NCBI GenBank assembly: GCA_905331295.1
Contig: CAJNYD010000024.1
Span: forward strand, 1 to 64,000
Source of the DNA: Rotaria socialis
Taxonomy: Eukaryota
Length of the DNA stretch: 64,000 nt
Reading direction: 5' to 3'
A program made the translations under genes and the position numbers. Below are positions 12,350 to 25,337 of this stretch, piece by piece; position 1 is the stretch's first letter, and each line of letters starts with the position of its first letter. The notes under the pieces are model-generated. The model saw nothing but the letters and a program-made list of their open reading frames with translations, was not told the origin of the DNA and did not search any database.

Positions 12350-12867
12350 ATGTTTATACACTGCTTAACTTTATTAATTAGTTTACTATTTGTTATTGTT
12401 AATGCCAAACAATCATCTATAAGTATGAAGAGACGGTTCGAGTGTATAACTTTATTTTTCCTAATATCTTTGCTTCCTTTTTCTCGTTGATACAGCGGTC
12501 AGTGAACGTAGATCCAATGATATTGCTAATAGTGATTCATTTAATCAATCGTGGCCAGTAACAACTCCGAAGATTTTAATTCGGTCAGATAAAATAATAT
12601 GGAAAAACATTTGTTTTTGAACGTTTCTATTCTAGAGTAACTCGTCTGAATAAGAGAAAGTCGATAGTGAATGGCCGTCATCGTCGTGAAATCGTTGAGT
12701 AAGTTATTTATAACAAATCAAATATTTCATTTCTATTCTCTGGGAGATTCATATGAAGTATATTTATTATTTGTAGTTCGATACAAAATTCTGATTTTGT
12801 TATGTTCATAACCAAAACCATGGCAGATATTGACAGGTATTTTAATGACACAGAGAATGAAGATTAG
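12350..12867 (+). CDS. Putative secreted prepropeptide, 106 aa, 4 exons
   Basis: Exons 12350-12435, 12503-12583, 12636-12698, 12777-12867. Signal peptide MFIHCLTLLISLLFVIVNA. Basic cleavage sites KRRERR, KRK and RHRR. Confidence 0.65.
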
Positions 12868-13530
12868 CTATCGTTGTTTTTAGTATTATATCGTTTTGTA
12901 ATTGATTTTCGTTTATCGTATTTGATTGTGGTTAGCACAATCAACATAAAAATAAGAATGTAGCGTATGATTTAGAAACTGTTTCTCATGTATCGATATT
13001 CTTTTATCAATAGCTACTTTATTATCTAATCAATCAAGAACGAATTAATATTTATTTTATTTTTTAGCAGTGAAGAAATTTTCGGCATGGCAAAAAAGGT
13101 AATATATTTTTTCTTTCAATTAAATCGAAGTCTAGTACCATTTTACAAGCGTTTGTCTCCGTGTACTTTCCTTGCTGAGACTTTTTTTTTAAATGAAACG
13201 CTTCAATAAAAGATTGAGGTCTATGTTTAGATAAACTGTTAATATTCTTAACGAACGGCACTTGGGAACGGTCCCTTAGCGAATCATGTGTTTAAAAATT
13301 CAACTATTTTCTCGAAACGGAACTCCAACATCCGAAAAAAGTCAACTGAACCTGGTTTCATCGTTGCACTTTTAGCTTGGAGGCCTTATTGAATAACAGT
13401 CGACACACTTAGTTGATTTCATTTTGACATCGATTCCGGAAGAAAACATTTCTCGATCAATTTGACTTCAATAGAGCTGTGTATTAGTGCCCGACCCTGA
13501 GCTCTTACTATAAATATATATATATATATA

Positions 13531-14847
13531 CAGTATGTAAAAAAATTATTCGGACGCCCTACTACACGAATTTTGTTGAGTGAATTTCTTAGTAAAGGAA
13601 ATATATTTTTTAAACTCTAATTACATCATTCGATAGGCCATCATCTCTACTTTCTATTGCATAGAAAATAATTTTTCCATAATGTAGTTTTGATAATATT
13701 TTAAAAGGTTTTCTAAAAATCAGTCGATTTTATAAGAAAAAAAATTATTCGGACACTTGCATTTTTGTCTTTATCAATGCTCTATTTTACATCGAAACAT
13801 TTTGAATTACATATCATCTGATAGAGAAAACATTTCTCTACACGTTGGTATGTATAAAAATTGAAAAAGATGTTAAGATCAGGTTGAAAGGTTCTCCACA
13901 CCGGAAGCACCGTAGGTTTTACAGAAAACCTTCGTTTTCCAGCTTCACAAAAATGAAAACCCAACTCAAAATATATCATCAGAAAGAAAAAACAAAGCTG
14001 ATTCCAATTATGTAGCTTGTTTTTCAAAATTTTGAAATATTGAATGTAATAATCGTTAATTATGATTAATATTTTCTTCAGTACGTGTAATGTTGTCAAT
14101 TTTCAGACAACTAAATTTAACTATAAAAGTCTTTCAATGATTCAAGCTGGTAGAGAGTTAAATTCTCTACAACATGATATGCTTGAATGCACGATAACTA
14201 TTTTTGTTAGACACGATGCACACCGATGCATTCACGTTCAATTTTGCTCAGTTTCATCCTTCGCCATCACCGCATATATATTATTAAGAAAGCAACAGAA
14301 CACAAAAAAATTTGTTTTTCTTTCTTCGCAATAACTCATTTGTCTAGGGATAGATGTGTATCGTGTCTAACAAAAATAGTTATCGTGCATTCAAGCATAT
14401 CATCTTGTAGAGAATTTAATTCTCTACCAGCTTGAATCATTGAAAGACTTTTGTAGTTAAATTTAGTTGTCTGAAAATTGACAACATTACACGTACTGAA
14501 GAAAATATTAATCATAATTAACGATTATTACATTCAATATTTCAAAATTTTGAAAAACAAGCTACATAATTGGAATCAGCTTTGTTTTTTCTTTCTGATG
14601 ATATATTTTGAGTTGGGTTTTCATTTTTGTGAAGCTGGAAAACGAAGGTTTTCTGTAAAACCTACGGTGCTTCCGGTGTGGAGAACCTTTCAACCTGATC
14701 TTAACATCTTTTTCAATTTTTATACATACCAACGTGTAGAGAAATGTTTTCTCTATCAGATGATATGTAATTCAAAATGTTTCGATGTAAAATAGAGCAT
14801 TGATAAAGACAAAAATGCAAGTGTCCGAATAATTTTTTTACATACTG
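13531..14847. mobile_element. Tc1/mariner-type non-autonomous foldback element inserted in (TA)n
   Basis: TA-CAGTATGTAAAAAAATTATTCGGAC ... GTCCGAATAATTTTTTTACATACTG-TA, with near-perfect ~485 bp inverted arms at 13737-14222 / 14355-14839. Confidence 0.93.
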
Positions 14848-16019
14848 TATATATATGTAATAATGAGAGAGTGTACAAGAAAACGAATACCCGTGTACTT
14901 TTTCAGAAGAGGTTAACATAGCACTCAGCATCGTAAAAATAATATTTCAACTCGCAATAGTGAGCTGTTCAATAATAGAGATTTTATTTTAGAAGTGCCG
15001 GTGAGCCATAAATAATAACACCTTTTAAATAAAGAATAGATTTTTTTTTTCAAAAGATTCCTTATGCAATTTCCTACTAAAACGTTTTACTATAAAAGGT
15101 TATACTAAATAATCTATCTATTCAGAAAAGTCGAGCGTTTCAAACAATATCCTTTTTGAAGAATAAATTAGAGTTTTAATTGATCTAACATACACCTAAT
15201 TGAACACAAACCAGATTTTTAAGTATGCTTCTTGCTTTTATGGTCTTTGAGACTATTTTGAGTCAGATTTTTATATAAACTCCAAACTTCATACATGCTT
15301 ATTCTTATACAGATTCCAAGTCAATTAATTAAAATATATCCCAGCTTTACTGAAGGGTAAACTGGATAATCATTTTTCTTCAAATAGACCAAAACACGGA
15401 CAGTTAAAAGGAAGATTACGATTTTAAACCGTAAACATTCAGAGTCACGCAAATGTCTGACAAGAAAACAATCTTGTTTTTCTTTCAATTTAATTGAAGA
15501 GAGAAATATTTGACATGCCACGGTAAACGATAGAACTTTTAAACGAGTACAAACTGGCGCATATTCATTTTTTTCATATAAAGTACTTATATCTCTTGAA
15601 AATAAAAATATTGTCTGAAAAGGCATCTCAATTGTTCCTATATGTTTTTTTTCATCCGACGCTTTAAAGTCATGTATGGTTTTTGTTACATTTATCGATT
15701 TTTCTCTGTACGGTTACTATCAGAAAAAATTGCATTGTCTTGTATTGAATTTATCGTAATCAACACCTATATAACCGAATGCATTATTTGAGCGAAGACA
15801 GACTGAAGGACATTCTGATGTCGACTATACTCGAAAGATACTAGTAGAAAAAAACTGACAATTCGCAGCGAATAAGATTTGCTTTTCCAACCCCTAGCGC
15901 TATCAACTACTCCTACATACTTAAGAAATACTTGGATCTATAAGTGTGTGCATTGTTTTATTTTTGATTGCAATTTACTATGACTTTCTTATCTCAAGAA
16001 AAACAAATGATATATTTAG

Positions 16020-16382
16020 GTAGCCATAGCGGTATTTGTTGGTGTATTATTATGTATTATTTGCTGTATTGTTACAACAATTTGTATTTGCGTTAGATGC
16101 TGTTGTCGCAGTAATAAAAGTCGAAAAAGAAATGAAGGTAACATTGAATATCTTTAATTCATAAATGTATTTTACTCTATTTCGTGGCAAGGTTTTGTTA
16201 CGGTACCGCAAACAGTAGTGATTCAGACAAACTCACCGAATTCACAACAAGTACGACCAGTACAATCATGGAATTCTGAATATCATCCAATGTTACCTCA
16301 GCCAAGTGCTCCACCACACCACATGGACGATTATCTTTCAGAACGTCCACCACCCTATGAGAAAATTTTTTCCGGCAAATAA
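16020..16382 (+). CDS. Single-pass membrane protein with Cys-rich juxtamembrane region and PSAP/PPxY tail (Shisa/WBP1/VOPP1-like); 5' end unresolved
   Basis: Exon from 16020 encodes VAIAVFVGVLLCIICCIVTTICICVRCCCRSNKSRKR. After a short GT-AG intron the frame continues ...PQPSAPPHHMDDYLSERPPPYEKIFSGK*. Confidence 0.7.
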
Positions 16383-17819
16383 TCAAATGGAACGTATTTG
16401 AAAAAAAAGACGGATTTTGTCAGATGTTGTCTGCAGTATTTTTTTTCGTTCATGTCTTTATTGTCTGAAAATTTAGAATTCATTTTTCGTTATAGCAAAG
16501 TTTTCCTTTGAAAATAATCTTATACATATATCTACACATGTTAAATAGTTTTATGCATGTTTCGTTTGAATCAAATTAATAAAACCACTATAATTGATTA
16601 TTAAATCGAGTATGAAGAGCGCAAAAAAAGAAATCTTCAAAAAAATTCTTTCGGCAGCAAGATTCTTTGACTGAGCCGTTTAGCAGACATGATTTTGTTT
16701 ATTTCTGTAATGGTGAACCGATGTCGGGTACGTGCCATCCATTAACTCGTCGATCACAAACATGAAAAGACGTTTTTATTTTGTAAAAGCCGGCACATTG
16801 CTAATACTTGTCTATATCATTGACATTTAACAATGAACTGGTGGAATATATTGGCATTCTTAAGGCTCATCTTTTTTTGAGTGCGATGAAATAAGAAATA
16901 TTCTTCATTTGAAATTTGTTCATAGAAGCAGCAATATAGTTATTTGATTCATCGATCGGAAGTCTTTCTTTTTGGTGGCTTGATTAGAATATAAATTCAT
17001 AGTCTGTCCACTAAAATATAGATCGAAAAAGGTATGCTAGAGTCTGAATAGAATTCCAATTTGTATTTTTTTTGGAGAAAGAAAACAGAAAATGGTTTGT
17101 TCTTATTTCCTGTCAATTACTCAATGAGAATGACGTTGAGCTCATAGAGTGTTGCAAAGAAATGATTTTTTTCCCCGGGAAAATTACACAGAGAAATATT
17201 AAAACCAATCATTTATATACTAGTGCCAACGTACTCCTATGTTTTCAATTTAGAATGAGAAAGTTAAAGAACTTTTTCATTATAAAAAGGAGACTAGCTT
17301 AAACTGAGTAATGTTTCCTTTTCCGTATTTTCTTCTAGTGAGTTTGACGCTTTATTTTCTCATTAAACAAAACAACGCATGTGCATAGAAAAAAGGAGGA
17401 GAAGAAGAAGAAAACTAAAGCCTCTTTAAATAGTCATATTCTAGTATCAGTAAATGAATAATGCCTTTTCATATATTTTCTATTTTTTTATGTCATGTAT
17501 ATCGGTTTTTAATGAAAGAACAGTCAGGCAAGAACTACATCGTTCTCTACAGCTTTGATAATAGTTAGTGTATGCAACTGAAAAGAATATATTTAACGTA
17601 GTATTAATTGAATTTTCATCAAGATGAACATTATCATCAGTCATTTCCTTTCTTTCTGGTGTTTGTCTTTTTTGCCTACGCAACACTTTCTTTTTCCGTG
17701 ATAATCTCTATCTGTTCTCTTGCTTTCTTTTTGACTTTTTCTCAATTATTTTTACAATAAGAGAAAAACACTATCATTTGAGCACTTTCTTTTGCTAGAT
17801 AAGATTACTAGTACTCAAC

Positions 17820-18548
17820 CAGGGTTTCCAACTGTACCCCATTTAGACTTTTTTCGTTTTCATAAAGAAATGCACAATAAAATGTGTGGATAAATAACTG
17901 ACCGATAGATATTAGCATCCGTTTTGTTTAACTTAGCCTTGAAGTATTTGGTTTTATAAACTATTTTTACTATGAATAATGAAATTGATTTTCTTGAATT
18001 TTTCTCCTTTTCTAATTTCTCATCGTTTGATTACTTTTTTTTCTATCAAATTTGACAAATACATACTGTCTCAAAAATTGAATAGTTTTAGATTTTCTCT
18101 TCAATATATATTCGTTCTTGGCGATAATCTTCGCATGGCATTGAATAATGGTTATGAAATTGAAATTTCCGATAATTCAGAGGCAGCAATAAGTGAAGAA
18201 TTTCTTAGCGTCTGAGACAAACCAACTACCCATATCAAAGAAAAAAAGTTCATCGAAGTCAAAAAAGCGTTATCTTAAACCAAAAATGGTTGAAAGTTCC
18301 TAAGTATACAGCATTTCTCAGAGAATGTCGAATTAACAAATATTTTGCTCATTTTTCTGTATGTAAATCAGATTTTTCTATTTCTAAGAGTAGTGTTTAT
18401 CTGAACGGTCTTCTCAATTAAATCCTCTTTTTTTAGGAGGTAGGTAATGTACCCCATTTATGTACCTCATTCTGAAAACAAATGTACCCCAAATAAATCC
18501 CATTTGGCCTTTCAAAACACCATTTGAAAAATAAGAAATGGCAACCTG
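17820..18548. mobile_element. Possible degenerate hAT-like MITE
   Basis: Ends CAGGGTTTCCA / TGGCAACCTG, repeated tgtacccc subterminal motif; TSD only partial. Confidence 0.35.
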
Positions 18549-18999
18549 ACGCAATCTGGTAATGTAGAATAGCAATAATCCTATGTTTGTAAGTAGCTGT
18601 CTGATGAAACTTTTGTCAGAGAATCTTGAAGCATCTAGAGATTTCAAGAAGATAAATCTTAAGATTTTTCAAAATAGAGATTAATCGTGATTTGATTTCC
18701 CTTGAGATTAGAATCTCATTCATCAATAGATCAGAATAGAACAGTTGCCGAATTAATGAAAGGATTAACGATCATTTCATTATTAAAAATATAATATAAA
18801 AATAAGAAAAACAACTGCCACTTTTGTGTCGAACGGTAGGAGAGAATGCCAAGTAAGTGTTTCTGTCGCATTGATAGTTTTATTAAATCAATTGAATGAA
18901 TGTGTCGAAAACAATACCACTGGAACTAGGAACCGATTGAATTAGTATCAATATACGATAGAGATAATTCAATTGAAGATTATTGATCGCAATCACGAC

Positions 19000-19031
<32 letters not shown>

Positions 19032-19287
19032 TTGGAAACAACAACATTTCAATTTTATTCTATATATATATATATAAGAGTTGACTGTTCTGTATTTAAC
19101 CTCATGCGATCTATCAATAAATCGTTCATTATTACTGATAATCCTTATCGGAGCAAAGATAAATCCATGAATTGTTTTCTTTTTTCGATCACATTTTATA
19201 TTCTATTGGTAAAAAATAAAAGCGAAAGTACTTTCACAGCAAGTTTCCTTTGTGTTTTTACTAACACACACTAATCATATATTTTAG

Positions 19288-21002
19288 ATGGGAAACATTC
19301 CTGATTTTTGTCGTAATCTGACTGAAACTATCAATGAAGCATCTTACCAGCATCTATCCGAATGTTGGACAGAAATGCAGATAGCCGAATTTTTACGTAT
19401 CTATTTACCGTTGACTATTTTACCTATATCACTTATAAGCAATTGTTTATCATTTTTTGCATTACGAAGTCGTCATATGCGTGGAACAGCAACAGCTTTT
19501 TTTATGCTTATACTGAGCGTTCTCGATCCACTTGTTTTATTGACAAAAAATCTTGTATATTATCCAACATTTCTTGCCGCCGATGCCATACTGTGTAAAA
19601 TTCTTTATTTTCTTATTTATGTCGTTGGTTATACAACAGTTTGGATACTTGTTATAATGACAGCTGATAAATTTTTTGCAGTCTGGTTTCCTCTTAAAGT
19701 TGCCTATTTTTGTACGATAACTCGAGCAAAATATGTTTGTGTACTACTTATTGCCATGACAAGTATTATATCGCTTCACCATTTTTGGACAATAGCTAGT
19801 GTTACACATCCGAAAGATGCTACACAACATGCTTGCTACTATGACATGTCTCGGTATGCTTTAATACAGCGTATATGGCGTTATGCTGATTTTGTAATAT
19901 GGTGTTTCCTCCCGTTTATTCTCATATCAGCATTGAGTCTATTGATTATTTATAAATTAAGTCAAAAACGAAAGGTTCAACGTCAAAATCATATCAAAAT
20001 TAAACAAGCAAGCATCGATCCTAATCCAAGTAAATGAAACAACGTTTGTATTCAATAAATGAGAAAAACAAAGCAAATATATTTAGCTATCTGCCATTGT
20101 TGAATTCCCGATAGACATGAAATATTTCACATGCATAAATTTTATTTCTTAATTTTGTTTGTATTCCCTGAGCAGCGTTCTATATGCCAAAATTTATAAT
20201 TCAGATGGAGTATTAAATATCACTGCCAATAGTTGGCAATCGAATCCTATGTGCCTAATAGTATGTAAATAGATGATCCACTTAACATTTTAGTAGCGTC
20301 TGATGTTTGTTTTCGAACGTTTTACTAGAAACTCATAAATAAATATTCGTTTTTTTTTTCTTTCCAGCGAACAAACCAAAACGTTCAAGTATGCTCGAAA
20401 TAAACAATTCAGAAATTGAAATGCGAAGTAATCAAACGCAACAAATTGTTCGTTCACGAAATCGTCATATAACATTTATGTTACTTGCTGTTGCTGGTGT
20501 TTTTCTTCTTTTTACATTACCCAACAGTATTTATTTCGTACTTGAAAGTACATATGGTTTTAATAAAGAACCAACAATTAATGATTATTATCTATGGAGA
20601 CGTTATCGTCGATTGAAAATTTTAACTATACTCATGTTTCAATTGAGCGATTTACAACATGCAGCAAACTTTTTTATATATCTATTAACTAGTGGAAAAT
20701 TTCGTCGATCTGTTCTCCATATATGTGTATCCATATTTTATATTGTGCCAACAGTACTATCTCGTACGAAACAGCATAGGACGAGTTCAAAACGTTCTTC
20801 AAGTAGACGATTCGATCGAGATCAGCATGAAACATCGTCTCGTTCAAATGCTTTCGAGACTACAAATTTTATTCAACACTCGCGAGATACATCCAATAAC
20901 AAACCACCTCAAAAGAACTACTTATATAGTTATCTTTCGTCGACATCGAAGTCAACAACAAGTGAACTATCACAATATGATAATAAACATGCACCTATAT
21001 AA
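19288..21002 (+). CDS. Class A (rhodopsin-like) peptide GPCR, FMRFamide-receptor-like
   Basis: Seven hydrophobic helices over 2 exons (19288-20029, 20368-21002). Motifs SNCLS, LSVLD, C-K before TM3, DKF (DRY equivalent), FLPF, TLPN, ANFFIY. Confidence 0.92.
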
Positions 21003-21327
21003 TCTAATATGTGATCGAATGACAAAATATCTCAGATATTGAAATTGATCTATTTCATCGTAGTTTTTGGGTATTCACTGAATATCGTTTTAGTCCGTTG
21101 GGTAATCATTCCGGTTATGTTCTTTGTTTCATGGAGATTTTTATCTGTTCTATTCTATTCTATTCATTATTCACCTATTAACAGCGCAGATATTCGCTTG
21201 AACTTTTCTCCACTACCTAGAACTATCATCGACAGATGACTATATTTATCATAATCATTTATTATTTCTATGTTTTATAGAAAAAAAAAATGAAGATTTT
21301 AGAAATAAAAAATATTCACGACTACTC

Positions 21328-22617
21328 TTACATTTGTACATGATTCCATGATGTAGTCCGTAGAACATCCTTTAATAAAGTTGAATTTTCATTTTCATAT
21401 GCAGCTATTTTAGCTGAGAAACGTTTGTTATTATAGTACAATGTTGCATTTGTTTCGTCATCGTCATCGTCATTCATTGCTGAATTTGCAATTATTGTTA
21501 CAGGAGTATTGAGACGTGTTTTTGCCGATCGATAACGTGAATAGGATGTACTTGAACGTGAATAGGCAGTTGCTAAATGTACTCGTGTGGCTGGTATCAA
21601 TAAACGAGATTTATTCTTTTGATTATTATTGATCGGTTGTTTTTGCGTAGTTAAATTAGTAAAATACATAACATAGAATGGACATGTTACCGATTTAGGC
21701 CCTTTAGAACGACGAAAAGGGTTTTTAGGATTTGCTTTGACTGAAAATGGTGCTGTCGGTGAGCGTGACGTAAATATACTCTCAGATCCAACATTGGATT
21801 GTTGTGGAATTTGATAAGCATGAGTCACATGATGATCTAGTTCATCTCGATTCGTATTTTCTTCATTGAGTACTCGTGATGATTCACTGATACCCGATAA
21901 ACTTTGTGTAGATTTACTACAGATATCGATGGCTGCTGAAAATGAACTAAGTGTATTTACAGTAGCTGTGGTCATCGATGATGGAAAACGTGGATGACTA
22001 CGATCCGCTGCTTGAGTGGTAGTACAAGCAGATGGAACACGATATGTTGTTGTATAGGATAGATTACTACGTGGAGTTCCAACACGTTCCTAAAACATTC
22101 AATCCATTGATTCTATTCAGAATATTGAAAATCTCCTTACTGGATTTTGTTGGCCTCGCCAAATTTTATTGAGATCTGCTTGTCCTTTTAACTTTCTATT
22201 AGATTGATTCATGTCTGAGCATAATTTATTTGAAGTTTGCGATGGAATAAGTGATTGTTTTGGTGATGAAGCCTTTAAATCTCGATGCGTTGTTGAATTG
22301 GTGTCATACAATTTTTGACGACGTATGGGCGACGGTCGAAAACCATTTCGGATCACATCTTTATTTATTGAAACATTCGATTTTCCCTCTTTTTTCATTG
22401 TATTTATTTCATCAATTTTATAGTACTGTTGAATTTTACCTCGACTTTTTTCAGTTGGCACTAATGATAGAGTAGTTGAGCCCACATTACGAGATTGACG
22501 TAACAATGAAATTGTTAGACTTTTTATTGATTTTGTTTCCTGTAAAGTATCACCAGCGAAAGATCCTGTTTTATTTTTCGGTAAGCTAACTACTGGAGTA
22601 GCTGTTGTAGTTGTCAT
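21328..22617 (-). CDS. Ser/Thr/Arg-rich, probably disordered hypothetical protein, 2 exons
   Basis: Two long ORFs joined in frame by a 51-bp GT-AG intron (22090-22140). Confidence 0.75.
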
Positions 22618-23829
22618 CTTATAAGAGATGAAATAAAGTGTATTATTGATTGTGACAATACAATGGACAAAAAAAGAAAAAGGCAACTATATTTCTAATT
22701 TGTAACGAAAAGAGCAAACATACAATAGAGAAAGAGAGCAGAAAAAGAAAAAGAAAACCTATTGATACACCTTATGCACAGCATAGTTACTCAAATATGA
22801 AGTGCTTCTCTTTGAGAGGTAGAAAGAAACAACACGAGTAACTATAATTCTCGTCGCCGTATAAAACACATGAATTGCTTGTTTGATTGGACTGAGTATA
22901 TGAAATTGTTACAGGAGAAAGTCGAATGAGTTATTGCTGATTTTTTAACTGTTTTTCTTTCTTTCTTTATTTTTTTTTCTGTTATTTATGTTTGATATAA
23001 ATGAATGAATACAAAGAAAATATTTCCGAATTTCTTTTCTTGTCTGAAATAACGAATCATTTTTTTTATTTGTTATTAATTATTGGGGAAAAAGCATCGA
23101 ATTACTTTATTATGATTCAATAGAATGACTCTTTTGTGGCTTGAATCTTAATTTATTCTGTTGATAGGTTCGAATGCGATAATAATTCAAAATAAATAAA
23201 GTACGAACTGAAATCTGAGAAGTCCAGATGAAATTGTTTGCTTGTACGAATGAATATTTTTCAAGTAAGATGTAAAATTATTTTCATACTTGAACACATA
23301 AAAGAAAACAACTTTGCTTTTGTTTTGTTAGAAGTGAATTCGTGGAATTATTTCGAAAATTTAACTAGATCTGTAATTTTTTTGGATCAAGAGATTTTGA
23401 AAATTTTATCTTGCGCACTTCAATGATTACCGAAAATTCCATTCGAGAGGAGGTTTTTACATTCGTGAGTTCATGCTGTTCTATTTAAAGCTCACCCTAC
23501 ACTGAAGAATTTATTTACATATTTTTTACAAGACATCGCTCGAGTAAAGGTGCGAATTCCTTTCGAAATGCTCTTATGCTTTTCAATTGAAAGAAAAAAA
23601 ACCGCCTAAAAGATTTATCGTTTTCATACTGTTAAGATTTTTAATCGAATAATAATAGTAATATATTTCAAAAGCTTTTTTTTATCATAGTAGCAAGACA
23701 AAACAAAATTGAGTACAGATAACTACAGATTTTAATGAACAATACGGAATCTACTTCATCTATATAAAAATCAATGTGATTACTAATTTAAAAAATGGAC
23801 AATTTCACATGTGTTTTATTATCAAAAAA

Positions 23830-25018
23830 TTAATCTTTCAATCGACGTTGACGCACAGTTTGATCTGTTGCTGTTGTCGGCTGATTTATATCTTCCTCTA
23901 TTGCTCCTTCGACATCATCAGGAGTATTTAATTCATCTTTGGTCGTATCACTTTCATCTTCACCTATTGGATTTTGTTCTGCGTCTTCTAAGTATTCTGC
24001 ATCAGATTCATCCTAGAGTTTAAAAGAAAAACAATATTTTCTTGTTAAATGTTTTTCTTTATAGAGACCTTTTTAGCCTTTCTAAACAATGTATAATACA
24101 TTTTATACCAAGCAGCTATGATACAATCCATTATCATAAGCGAAATCTATATATATATATATATATATATATGAAAACAAACAAGAAATAAGTAAATCGA
24201 AAAGTAGCTATACATACAAATCCAATGATAATTCCTACGATAACCATGGCAATGCCAAATACTGTATAGATGAGCCATGCTGGCCATCCGTATTGATCCA
24301 ATAGTATTGAATAAGCATTCTATAGAATTACATGAAATAGATTAATATCAGTGTGACTTTTCTTGTCCGATATTTGTCAACAAACCTTGACAAGTAGAGA
24401 TAAATCGAAAACATAACTTATTAATGACATTCTTGTTAAAAGAGAAACAATGAAGAAATAGTAGACTAATTGAATAATCTACATACACAAGACTATCTGG
24501 AGCAAAGCTAGATGACATCGGACCACTTTTTAGCCATTCTTCTTTGTCAATATAATTTCTTAAACCACGTAATGAACGTTCACCTTCATATTGATGAAAA
24601 ACACCATCACGCACGCTGAGTTACATGTTGGAAATCAAAAGATGAATATTTTAGTTTTTTATGTAGTATACTTACTGTAAAATAGTAGGCAATGACGAAA
24701 TACGAAAACGACCGGAGAGTGACTGATATTTATCGACATCAACAGCACCTACTTTAATATTTCTCGATGACATCGCATTAGAAAAATCCCTCCAGATTTG
24801 TTTGAACTGTTGACAAGCTGGACACCATGGTGCATAGCTGAAAGAAACGAACGAATAATCTTCGAATATGAATCAAGAAAATGTCAAGAAAAAAATTACA
24901 ATTCTACCATCCATTGACCAGTGAGCATTTCTCTCCATGTTTTATCTGTTAGATCAACAAGTTGCGTAGATATTAGACAGGGGAGAAGTAACAACAGAAG
25001 AAGACTTCTATCAAACAT
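23830..25018 (-). CDS. TMX1: Thioredoxin-related transmembrane protein 1-like
   Basis: Signal peptide, WMVEF|YAPWCPAC active site, SLSGRFRISSLPTI, TM helix, acidic tail ending RQRRLKD; multiple short introns. Confidence 0.9.
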
Positions 25019-25337
25019 GGTGAACTGCTACAACAAAAACAAAAAGAGAATGAAAACAACACAGATGGTTGATGATGCATGATGACAAGCGTAAGAAAAT
25101 GTATGGTGAAGTAAAAAGAAACAGAGCGACACAAGTGTCTTAAATATTGGTTTAAAATAATGTTCTAATTACATGTGTACGCGATAGATGTCATAGAATT
25201 ATTATTTAAAAGAGCTTAAATAATGAATTATTTGAATAAATATCACAGAAATTGATCGAAAATTATGATTGTATATTACTAAGCGATTTGTGTATTCTCA
25301 CACTGTCACATATGTTTTAGACAAAACGAGTTGACTA

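Noticed and set aside
13782..14795. Two identical 105-aa ORFs on opposite strands
   Set aside because: Artefact of the inverted-repeat arms; no transposase motifs
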